Assembly: GCA_965214035.1 (NCBI GenBank)
Contig: OZ243932.1
Span: 937,215-1,001,214 of the forward strand
Source: Gammaproteobacteria bacterium
Lineage (GTDB): Bacteria > Pseudomonadota > Gammaproteobacteria > JAJDYQ01
Reading direction: 5' to 3'
Length of the DNA stretch: 64,000 bases
Position numbers and translations under genes: made by a program. A model generated the notes under the pieces. That model ran no database searches. It was not told where the DNA came from and saw only the letters and a program-made list of their open reading frames with translations. Shown here piece after piece: positions 10,813 to 23,000 of this stretch (within the stretch, counting starts at the first letter, position 1; the number at the start of each line of letters is the position of its first letter).

Positions 10813-10923
10813 CATGAAATCTGGACAAAAATGGATTCTGAACAGCAACAAGGGTCATGCCGTGATATGCAAAATCATCACAGTCATAAACAATGCCTTG
10901 CGACCGGCAGGCATCGATATTGA
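10813..10923 (+). CDS. Upstream leader ORF (uORF, 36 aa) preceded by a strong SD (GGAGG-N7-ATG).
   Basis: A GGAGGATAAC-ATG context. Relative to the copy-2 uORF it has one extra C at 10859-10861 and terminates at TGA 10921..10923, before the poly-C tract. Confidence 0.3.
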   Translation, partial: HEIWTKMDSEQQQGSCRDMQNHHSHKQCLATGRHRY

Positions 10924-10940
10924 CCTGTGTAAAAATACAG

Positions 10941-10968
10941 CCCCCCCCCCCCCCCCCCCCCCCCCCCC
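10941..10968 (+). repeat. Homopolymeric tract of 28 C followed by 7 A, 24 nt upstream of the giant-gene start.
   Basis: Counted directly in the sequence. The homologous tract upstream of copy 2 has 19 C. Confidence 0.95.
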
Positions 10969-10990
10969 AAAAAAATGAGAGGGTATATCT

Positions 10991-11016
10991 GATGCCGGCC
11001 GTCGATGCCGGCCGCT
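10991..11016 (+). repeat. 13-bp direct repeat, two units (GATGCCGGCCGTC and GATGCCGGCCGCT), containing the start codon.
   Basis: Direct comparison with copy 2 (26966..26978), which has a single unit. Confidence 0.9.
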
Positions 11017-14000
11017 CTGCGGTGCATTCCTGTCGCGAGGCAGGTGCCTCTGAGCCTCCTGGCCGGCTGACGCGCCGGTCTTTTTCCGACAGTTTCCATT
11101 CTGTGACAGCCCGCACCGCCGGCTGGCTGCGCCGTGCGGCGATGGTGTCATTGCTCGGACTGCCACTGCTGTTCGGGTTGGCGACGCAAGCGGTGGCGCA
11201 GACCGTGCCGACGCTCAAGGTCGAGGGTGATTTCTCTGTCACCGAAGGCGATTCCGGCACCATCACGCTCACCCTGAGCCAGGCGGCGAGCGGCACGATC
11301 ACATTTACCACCGGCAGCTACTTAACTGACTGCGACACACATAATTGTCCCACTGATATCTCTGGAGCGTCCGCATCCGATTTCTCTTCTGGCACGGGCT
11401 CCACGCGGACAATAACTTTCAACATCGGCGATACGACCAAGTCCTTGACCTTCATGACGACCGAAGACAGCGCAATCGAGTCAACAGAGATTTTCTCGAT
11501 TGGGATTGTTGATCTCGCTTCCAGCGAAGCCACCATCGATCCGGGTACACCGGCCGACAGAATTTTCTTTGGAACTTTTATGTCTTGGTGGGTCCGCATC
11601 CTCGATGACGATGCCCCGCCCATGATTTCCATTGCCGGCGGCAGTCCGGCCACCGAGGGAGCCGGCACGCTCACCTACACACTGACGGCGAACAAACCAC
11701 CGGCCACAGATCTGACCATTAATTTAACCGTCTCTGAAGACGAAACCGATGGCCAGAACTTTGTCGCTGCCGGTGACGAAAACAGTCAGGCCGTCACCTT
11801 CCCGGCCGGCACCACCGCGGCCAGCTACACGATTCCGATCACCGACGATGAAGTCGATGAAGCCAGAGGCGAGGTCACGGTGACAATCAATGACGGTACC
11901 GGCTATACCGCCGGCACCGACACGGTTACCATCACGGTGCGCGACGACGACAGAACCATCGTCACCCTGGCCGAAAATCCGGCCGGCGACCTCGATGAAG
12001 GCGCCCGCAAACAGATTACCCTGACCCTGAACCGTCCGCTGGTTTCGGGTGAGACCCAAGTCCTCTCGCTCGAACTTGGCGGCACCGCCACGGTGAATAC
12101 GGACTATACCCTGGCCGGCATACCGGCGGACGGCGTGCGTTACGAGGATCTGGCCTCCGGGAACCCTGGAATCGTATTTACCGGCCAGACTTCCGGCTCT
12201 GCCACGACCGCCACACTGACCGTGACGGCCATCGCAGATGGTATCTCTGACCCCGGCGAGGTCATCACCATGGAGTTTGCAACATCGGAATTAGTAAGCC
12301 CGGACGGCGATGCGGGAATACAGGACGCTCGGGGCGGCGGCCCGGTCAGCGCCACCCGAACGATTGCCTTCAGGATCACCGAACAACCGGCGCTGGTACT
12401 GAATCCATCCATGCTGACCATTGACGAGGGCGATACGGCGACCTACATCGTGTCTCTGGCCACCCAGCCCAATGCGTCAGTGGCCATTACTGTAAGCGGT
12501 CAGGCCGATACCGATCTGACCCTGAGCGGTGATACCCTGAGCGGTGATACCCTCAGCTTCACCATGATGAACTGGAACCAGCCGCAGACCATCACGGTCA
12601 CCGCCGGGTCGGACGACGACGCCCAATCGGATGACCCGATCGCCCTGTTGCACACCGCCACCGGCGGTAACTATGCCGGAGTCACCGGTGAAGTCACGGT
12701 CACCATCACCGAAGACGATACGGCCGGTATCACCGTACAGCCGACCACCCTGGCCGTGGATGAAGGCGGCACCAACAACTACACCGTGGTACTGACCTCG
12801 GCCCCGGCCGGCGAGGTCATCATCGAGGTCCGACCGGGCACGGTCGCCACCGTCGATAATGACATGCTGACCTTTGCCCAGAGTAACTGGAATCAGGCAC
12901 AGACGGTCACCGTGACCGGCATGGATGACGCGGTGTACAACGCCGGCGATGCACGCTCTGGCACTATCACCCACACCATCGGCACCGCTGACGGTGGTGC
13001 CTATACCACCGATCTGGAACTGGACTCTGTCACAGTCACCGTCACGGACGACGATAATCCGACATTGACTGTCAGCTTGCCAAATGGTGAAACAACCATC
13101 GAGGAAGGAAGTGGTTTTACCAGAGTTCGAATAACCGCAGACCCTGAACCGGGGGCGGGGGATAGTTCTCGCCTTATAAATCAAGATCCGTCAAATGATC
13201 TGTCAAATGTTCTATTTTTCAGCCCTGGTTATGGATGGTCTTCTTTCCGTGCACCGGATACCAGTTTCGACCCTGATATCGATTTTGAATTTAATATTGC
13301 TGACAACGATAACGATCAGCCCAATGGTACGCTGACTATCGACGTATCCGTCCTGAGAGGCTTTGCAGCCGGTTCTCCGTCCATGGTCACGCTGACCATC
13401 ATTGACAACGACCCGACCGAGGTCAGCCTGATTCGCACCGGCAGTACGGGCGCTATTGACGAGGGCGGCACCGTCGCCTTCACCGTACAACTCAGCCGTG
13501 CCCTGGTTGCCGGCGAGATTATTGACGTACCGCTGGTCATCGACGGCACCGGCGTCACCCCCGCCGACTGGAGCCTGAGTGCGACCGGTACCGGTGTGGT
13601 TCTGTCCAATGAGAACACAATGACTCCGCTGCTGCGCTTTGAGAATGCCGGCGCACAGACGGCTGAACTGACCTTGACTGCCATCAGCGACAATACGGTG
13701 GAAGGCGGTGGTTCCGAAACTTATGTTATCGACCTGGGTCTGGGCCTAGTCATTTCCCCTGATGAGCTCAATGGCATTGACCAAGGCAGTCTGAACACCA
13801 ATGTGGGCGGTGGTGCCGACCCGCACAGCGGCAGTAACACCTTCAGTGTGCAGGTCGATGATCCGACATTGACTGTCAGCTTGCCAAATGGTGAAACAAC
13901 CATCGAGGAAGGGGGGTCGTCCATTACGGCTCGATTCACTGCGAACCCGCCGGTGGCGCAATCTTTGGGCATCCCCAGTAATTTTAGAACTCTTACCACT

Positions 14001-17000
14001 GGTTATACCTCATTTACCAGCCTTGAAGATGACTCTTTGGTAAGACCAGTGGATATTGGATACTTTATTGATGAAAACAATATGGATCAGCCCAACGGCA
14101 CTCTGACCATCCATGTATCCGATTCACGGTTTGCAGCCGGTTCTCCGTCCATGGTCACGCTGACCATCATTGACAACGACCCGACCGAGGTCAGCCTGAT
14201 TTACACCGGCAGTACGGGCGCTATTGATGAAGGCCAGGCCGTTACCTTCACCGTACAACTCAGCCGTGCCCTGATCGCCGGCGAGATTATTGACGTACCG
14301 CTGGCCATCGACGGCACCGGCGTCACTCCCGCCGACTGGGGCCTGACAGAGCAGGCGGGCATAGCCAATACCGGCGTCAGCCTGCACGACACCGATACGG
14401 CCGTGCCCTTCATCCGCTTCAGCGGCGCCGGTGCCGAGACCGCCCTGCTGCAACTGGCCGCGGCGCTGGACGACACCGATGAAGGTGGTTCCGAGACCTT
14501 TATGATTGCCTTGGGCCAAGACGGCTCAACAACCAACGGCTTTGATCTTCCCGGTCGTGCCACCAATGTCGGCGGCGGTGCCGACCCGGACGGCGACAAC
14601 AATCGCTTTGAGTTAGTCGTCAATGACGAGGGAAGCACCGTGTTGTCCATTGGCATTGACTCGGTAACCGATGCGGAAGGCGATGCCGGTGAGACGACCT
14701 TCAAAACGGTTACGGTCAGCCTGTCGCGGCCCTACAGCCGGGACCTGGTGGTGAATGTGCGTCGTTCCGGCTCAGCCACCCGTGGCACCGACTATGAGCT
14801 GGTCGGTACCGGTGACAACAATGCCCTGATCAACTTTAATCCGGTCAGGAGATTCACCATCACCGCGGGTGCCACCAGCGTCCAGTTCCGTATCCGTGTC
14901 ATCGGCGACACGGTCTTTGATATCGATGAGACGGTGGTACTAACGTTGATCGGTCTGACCACCGGTATTAGCGAGGCCGTCACGGATGTCGTCATTTCTA
15001 ATATCGTCGGTGCGGTCACCCACACGATTGAAAATGACGATCCCGGCGGTAAAGTCACGGTCAGCCGGTCGGCGCTGAGCATGGAAGAAGCCGATGGCGC
15101 GGCCAGCTACACCCTGGTGCTGGACAGTCAGCCGGGCGATGAAATCATCTTGACGGTGGCCGGTGGTGAAGCCGATACAGCCACCGTCAACACAACCGGC
15201 GGCATGGCCGGCATCGAACAGACCCTGACCTTTACCACGATGAACTGGGATCAGGCACAGACCGTGCTGGTGGCTGCGGTCAACGACGATGAAGACAATG
15301 CCGGTGGCAGTCGCAGGCTCACCCTGACCCATACCATTACCACCGGTGACGATGCCGGTTATTCGACCGGTCTGCCGGTGGATGCGGTCGTTGTCACGGT
15401 GGTGGACGATGATAGAACCATCGTCACCCTGGACGAAAATCCGGCCGGCGACCTCGATGAAGGCGCCAGCAAACAGATTACTCTCACACTGAACCGCGGT
15501 CTGGTCAATGGCGAAGAGCTGGTCGTCCCGCTGACCTTCGGCGGTGATGCCACACGGGGCACAGACTACACCCTGATGGAGGTCGCAGCGAATGGCGTGA
15601 GCTATGCCAATCTGACCGGCAGCGACGACCCCGCCGTCACATTCATCGGCCCGTCCTCCGGCACTACCGCCATGACGGCCACCCTGACCCTGAGAGCCAT
15701 TGCCGACAGTACCTCCGACCCCGGCGAGAGCGTCACCATTGTACCGGGTACCTTGACCGACACCTCTCTGGACGGCGGCGGCACGGTCACCGGCAGTCTG
15801 GCTTTTAACATCATTGAACGAGTGGCGCTGATACTGGGTCCCGACCGTTTGATGGTATCGGAAGGTATGCAAACAGCGAGCTACACGATTCGTCTGGCGA
15901 GTGAGCCGACGGCACCGGTGACGGTAGTGGTGACCGGTTATGTCGGCACCGGCCTGACGCTGGATAACGACGAATTGATTTTCACGGCGGCCAACTGGAA
16001 CATTGCCCGGCAGGTAACACTGACCACAGCGGCGATGGACAGCGACTTGGCCGGCAGCACCCTGCAGTTGCGGCACACGGCCTCGGGTGGCAATTACCTC
16101 TCGGTGACCGCCGACCTGAGTGTGACCCTGCTGGATGACACGGCCGGTGTGGTGGTCATGCCCAGTGGTGACAATACCTTGGTCAGCGAGGACGGTGCCC
16201 GCACGGACGATTACACACTGAGGCTGAGCACACAACCGGTCGGTGATGTGGTGGTGCGGGCGACGGCCGGCACCGGCCTGAGTGTGAACGATGCGGCCGC
16301 GGCCGATCTGACCTTTACCGCTACCAACTGGAATCAGGCACAGACGGTGACGATAGCGGGCATTGACGATGACATTGCCAGCGGTGCGCTGCGCACCGTG
16401 TCGGTGACCCATACCATTGTCAACAGTGCAGACAGTGGCTATCCGGAGGACGCCCTGCGCATCGCCAATCTGGACGTCATGCTGATAGACGACGATACCG
16501 CCGGTCTGCTGTTGTCATCATCGGATCTGACGCTGTCGGAAGGCGACACCATCAGCTACACGGTGCGTCTGACCAGCCAGCCGACCGCGGTGGTGTCGGT
16601 GACCATTACCAGCGACAACGAGGATCTGACAGCGGGCAATACCCCCTTGATGTTCAGTACGGACAACTGGTCCATGCCGCAGACGGTGCTCCTGACGGCC
16701 AACGCAGACGATGATTCGGACGACGAGCAGGCGCAACTGACGCACCGCGTGGCGGGGGGTGACTATGGCGCGATCAGCGAGGTCATTTCGGTGCGCATCA
16801 CGGATCGCTCGGCCGGTGTGGATATCACGCAGAGCGGCGGCAATACGATAGTCCGCGAGGATGGCGGCGAGGACAGCTACACACTGGTCCTCAATGCGGC
16901 ACCGCGCGGTGATGTGACCCTCACGGTGACTGCCGCAGCCGGTATAACGGTGGATACGGACAGCCTGACCTTTACAACCGGTAACTGGCAGACACCGCAG

Positions 17001-20000
17001 CCCGTTACGGTGACCGGTGTCAATGACGACCTGGATAATCCCGATGATGGGCGCGAGGTCATGATCCGCCATGCGGTCAGTGGTGCCGGCGACAGTGCCG
17101 GCTATACCCCGGCCCTGTCGATTGCGCCGGTATCGGTGACGGTGCTGGACGACGACACGGCCGGGCTGCGCTTCAGCCGTTCGGTGCTGGCGGTGGTTGA
17201 GGGCGGCAGTACGAGCTACGGTGTGCGTCTGACCAGCCAGCCGACCGCGGTGGTGACCGTGACCATTGCCAGCGACAACGGGGATCTGACAGCGGGCAAT
17301 ACCCCCTTGATGTTCAGTACGGACAACTGGCCCATGCCGCAGACGGTGACGGTAACGGCGGGCACGGACAGCGATATGGACAATAACGATGTCGCCCTCA
17401 GCCACACGGCCACGGGCGGCGGCTATAACTCGGTCAGCGCCACCCTGGGCGCGATGCTGCTGGAAGGCGGTACTGCCAGCGTCAGCATTGTGCAGAGCGA
17501 CGGTCGCACCATCGTCACGGAGGGGGTCAGCACGGATTTCTATGAGGTGGTGTTGAATACGGCACCGGACCGCGATGTGACCGTGAGAGTCAGTGCCGAC
17601 AGTGGTGTGACGGTCAATGGTGCGGCCACACTCGATCTGGTCTTTACCCCGACCAACTGGCATGAGGCGCAGCCGGTCATGGTAGCGGCGGTGGACAACA
17701 ATGCCGATGACGGTGTGCGCACGGCCGATATCAGCCATATCCTGAGTGTTGGGGACAATAATGACTATGACCGGACACTGACCATTGCCGGGGTAACGGT
17801 GACGGTGAACAGAGATCCAGATGATAGCCGTGGGCGGCTGGTGACTTTGAGTGGCGGTGATCAAGAAGGGTCGACGCGGTCTTTCAACTTTGTCTTCGAA
17901 AGTAGCCCAGGGCGAAGTCTGGGTGCTGACGAGGTCATGACGCTGCCGTTGATACCTGGTGGCGACGCGGTGCGCGGTCAGGATTATCAGGTGCGTTGTG
18001 AGCGCAACCCGGCAGGACGCGGATCGCACCCTGCGGTTTCCTGTGTCGAGTCAACAGACGGTCAACTGATGTTCATTCTGGATGGCACACAGATATCTCC
18101 CGGCAGACGAACATTCAGATTCACCCTGCCTTTGGAGGTGGAGTTGCTGGAGGACAATATGGCGGAACCGGTCGAGACCCTGACGCTGCGCCTTGGTGAG
18201 AACGGTCAGGACTTTCGCATCCCAATCATGGATGCGCCATCGACCGTGAGCGTGGAGTTTAACAAGTCAATCTATCGCAACAATGAAAATTTCCACTCCA
18301 TAACTCTGATACTTGAGATCAGTCCGCTACTGGGTCGTGCCATCGACTTGCCGCTGCTGTTTATTGACGGTACCGCACAGGCCGGATCAGACTTTGAACC
18401 GATCAGTTCCACCGTCCTTAATTTTACTTCTGAGGGGCGGGCATTTTTTGCTATCACACTCTTGGATGATCAGATAGCCGAAGGCGACGAGAGATTCACG
18501 GTCGTGATTGATGAAACCCGACTGCCGGACTTTATCACCGTTGGCACCAATGCCGCGGCCACAGTCATCATGACCGATAATGATGAGCGCGGGCTGGTTT
18601 TTGATTCCGATACACTGACTCTGGCGGAGGGTGGCACGGGCAGCTACACGGTGCGTCTGTCCAGCCAGCCGACCGATGAGGTGGCGGTGGTGATCGCCGG
18701 TCAGGCCGGTACCGACCTGATGCTGGACCGGGACATTCTGACCTTTACCACGGCGAACTGGAATCAGGCACAGATGGTGACGGTGATGGCCGAAGATGAC
18801 GACGATGGCGATGCCGATCGCATTGTGCTGGTGCATACGGCCTCCGGCGGTGACTATGGACTGACAGCCCGCGTGCAGGCCGACATCATCGACAGGGAGG
18901 CACCGGAGGTGCGGCTGAACAAGGAGGCCATCACGGTCAGCGAGGGCGGCAGCGGCGACAGCTATACGCTGGTGCTGCACACCGAACCGGCCGGCACCGT
19001 GACGGTGACTCTCGCTCCGGCGGCCGGCATAACGGTGCAGCCGGGTAGCGTGACCTTCACGGTGGATAACTGGAATACGCCGCAGGCGGTCACCGTGACC
19101 GGTGTGAATAGTGATGAGATTGACCGGGGTGATCGCACGGTGACCATTGTTCATACCATCACTGCCACCGATGACGCCGATGACTATCCGGAGGATCTGC
19201 GGATAGACCCGGTGCGTGTGACGATAGAGGAAGACGATGAGGCCGGCGTGATGATTGTCGAGAGCGGTGACCGTACGGCGGTCAGTGAAGACGGTGGCAT
19301 CAGGGATGACTACACGGTGGTGCTGACCTCACAGCCGGCCGCTCGTGTGGTGGTAACCGCCACGGCCGCGGCCGGTGTCAGTGTGGATACCCAGTCTCTG
19401 AGCGGTGTGCAGAACACCCTGACCTTTACCACCCTGAACTGGCAAAGCCCGCAGACGGTGACGGTGACCGGGGTGGATGTAGACACCGTGGATCGCGGGG
19501 ACCTTGATGTGTCGATCACTCATGCCATCACGACCACGGCCGGTGGTTATGTGAAAGAGTTGTCGATTGATTCGGTACCGGTGCAGGTGATTGACAATGA
19601 TGCGGCGAACCGCCTGCTGTTTGAGCTGGTTGATCCGGCAGCCGATGTGCTGGTCACGGAAGGTTCGGAGGTGGCCTACACGATGCAACTGGTGGGTCAG
19701 CCGCTGGCCGATGTCACGGTCGATATCAGCGGCCATGACGGCACGGATGTGACGCCGGCCCCGACCCGCCTGACTTTTACCACGCAGAACTGGAATGCCG
19801 GTCAGACGGTGACCCTGACGGTGGCGGCCGATGACAGCGGCGACGGCGAGCGTGTCACCCTGACGCACCGCGCCTCCGGCGGCGGCTATGATGGCACCGA
19901 GGTGGCACTGGAGGTGGCCATCACCGATAGTGATATATCGGGCGTGAGCATCAGCAAAGATACCCTCGTGGCCATCGAGAATGAGGCCGTTACCGACAGC

Positions 20001-23000
20001 TACACGGTGGTGCTGGACATACCGCCGGCCGGTGATGTCACTATCCAGGGTGAGATTCCAATTCAGGGTGGCACACTGGATATCAGACTGGTTTTCACAA
20101 CTGTCAACTGGAATCAACCGCAGACGGTCAGCATATTTGGAAGCATTTTCCTGGCAGACAACATCGACAATCCTGGTGGTGAACGCACCGCCACGACCAT
20201 CATGCATACGGTCACTTCCACGGACAGTGGCTACGACGGCATTGAGGTTGACGATGTGACCGTCACTGTGACAGATGTCGATCCCACTACGGTAACCCTG
20301 TCGGGTGCGGCGCTGGATGTGGTTGAGGGCACCGAGCGTACCCTCACCGTGTCGCTGGAGCGGGCGCTGGTGGCGGGTGAAGTGCTGCCGGTACCGCTGA
20401 CCTTTGCCGGCACCGCCACCCGCGGCACGGATTACACCCTGGAGGGTGTGCCAGCGACGGGCATTGGCTATGAGAACCTGAACAGCGGCAATGCGCAGGT
20501 GACCTTTACCGGTGGCACCGGTGCGGTCGGTACCGCGACCCTGACATTCAGAGCCACACCGGATGCGGACGATGAAGGCAGTGGTGAGACGGTGACGATT
20601 GGTCTGGGCACCCTGGATGAGAACTCCGGCACCGGTCTGAACGGCGGTGGCACTGGTACCAGCAGTCTGGCACCATTCCGCATTATAGAAAAGCCGATGA
20701 TCAACATTGCGGGCGGTCCGGCGGTGACCGAGGGCGGCAGTGTGACCTTTACCCTGACGGCCAGTGAAGCGCCGCTGTCGGATCTGACCATCAACCTGAT
20801 GGTGACGGATGCCGTGCACAGTGATTTTCTGGCGGCGGCTCGCGGAGGCAGGCAGAGTATCACCTTCGTCGGCGGCACGACCTCGGTCAGCTACGAAATT
20901 CCGACGCTGGCCGATATCGATGACGAAGCCGGCGGCACAGTGATGGTGGCGCTGCTGGACGGTGATGGTTATGTGGCGGGCAGCGCACCATCGGCCACCA
21001 CAATGGTCAATGACGACGATGCCACCACGGTGACACTGGCAGGCACAGACGATGATGTCGGCGAGGGGGCACGCAAGGAGCTGACCGTGACGTTGAGTCG
21101 GGGTCTGGTGGCGGGTGAGGTACTGCCGGTTGCGCTGTCTTTTGCCGGCACGGCAACCCGCGGTACGGACTACACCCTGATGGAGACGGTAGCGAATGGC
21201 GTGAGCTATGCCAATCTCAATGGTGGTGGCAGTGCAACGGTGACCTTTACCGGCCCGGCGGCGGGTGTCGGCGTCACCGAGGCCCGACTAAGTCTGAGGG
21301 CTGAGTTGGATGGAACAACCGAGGGCCTCGAGACTGTCATCATCGGCCTGGGCACGCTGGATGCGGATTCCGGTACGAATCTGGGCGGTGGTGCGACCGG
21401 TGTGGATGAACTGGGTGATTTCCAGATTCAGGAAACCCCGGAGATAGTGCTGGAGCGCAATAGCCTGATGCTGACCGAGCAAGGCAGTGCGACCTATACG
21501 GTCGGCCTGTCTGTATCACCGACGGCCGATGTGACGGTCAGGATCACCGGTCAGGTTGACACGGATCTGCAGGTGGATGCCGACACGCTGATCTTCTCTC
21601 AAACCAACTGGAGCACGGCGCGCACCGTGACGCTGATGGCGGTATCGGATACCGACAGCGAGGACGAGGCACCGGTGATGCTGAGGCATACGGCTACCGG
21701 TGGCAATTATGGTTTGGCGATAATGCGGACGGTAACGGTATCGATTGCGGACAACACACCGGGTCTGGTGCTGTCAACGGGCAGCCTGGATATGGAAGAG
21801 AATGAGGCCGAGAGCTATACAATCCGGCTGGCGATTCGTCCGATGGCGGATGTGACGGTGAGTGTATCTTCCGGGGATGCGCCCCGCCTGCGGGTGACCG
21901 GCGGTGACAGCCTGACCTTTACGCCGACCAACTGGAATCGGGCGCAAAGTGTGACGGTGATGGCTGAGGATGACGACGACAGCGACGCCAACCAGGTGAC
22001 GCTGACCCACACGGCGGATGCCGGCTACGGTTCGGTGACAGGAGATATCACGGTGGATATTGCCGATGACGACATACCGCGTGTGGTGCTCGGTGTTGAT
22101 GAATTGACTGTAATCGAAGGCGGCAGTGCGAGCTACACGGTAGAGCTGGGTACCCGTCCATCGGGCAATGTGACGATCGCACTGAGCGGTCAGGGCAGCA
22201 CTTTGAGGCCGGACAGGTCCGAGCTGACTTTTGATGCGGGCAACTGGGGTCAGGCGCAGACCATCACGCTGACGGCGGTCATGGACAGTAATACGACCCA
22301 TGATCAGGTGACGCTGATCCACACCGCCAGTGGCTATAGTGCGGCCCCGGCCGATCTGCCGGTGACCATCACGGACAGCACGCCGCAGTTGAGCTTCTCG
22401 CAGACCACATTCAATCTGGACGAAGGTGACAGCACGACCTACACGCTGGAGCTGTCAGCCGAGCCGGTCGGCACGGTGACGGTCACGCTGAGCGGTCACG
22501 AACGCACTGAACTGACGCCGGAACCGACCGAACTCACTTTTACACAGGACAACTGGAGTGAAGCCCAGGCCATCACCCTGACGGCCGGCACGGACAGCAA
22601 CAGTGTGGATGAGACCATCACGCTGACCCATAGCGCGGATGCCGGCTACGGTGCGGTGACGGAAGAGGTGACGGTCACGGTCCGGGATGCGGATACACCG
22701 CGCCTGATACTGAATACCGATGAATTGATCGAAGGCGGCAGTGCCACCTATAGAGTGACCGAGCAGGGCAGTGCGACCTACACGGTGCGGCTGGGCACGC
22801 AGCCTCGGGTGGATGTGACGGTCACGTTGACCGGGCATGAGGGCAGTGATCTGGTACCGACCCCGGCCCGTCTGGTGTTTGGTCGGGACAACTGGAACCG
22901 TGCGCAGCAGGTGACGCTGACGGCACGCGATGACGATGACAGCGTGAATGACGCGGTGACACTGTCTCACCGGGCCAGTGGCGGGGCTTATGCGGGTGTG

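Noticed and set aside
10893-10991. ORF-track start of giant gene copy 1 at 10893, giving an N-terminal poly-Pro encoded by the C tract.
   Set aside because: The ATG at 10992 has a proper SD 8 nt upstream. The homopolymer then sits in the leader, which is the usual arrangement for phase-variable genes. The poly-Pro reading is an artefact of an open frame through C-only sequence.
14940-20819. Many long antisense or alternative-frame ORFs (for example 14940..16412-, 16518..18029-, 19329..20819-, 29180..30484-, 12477..13184-) inside the giant genes.
   Set aside because: They overlap an unambiguous, domain-rich coding frame. Their Arg/Gly/His-rich products are typical of out-of-frame translation of GC-rich repeat DNA. 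They have no RBS context and no homology signal.
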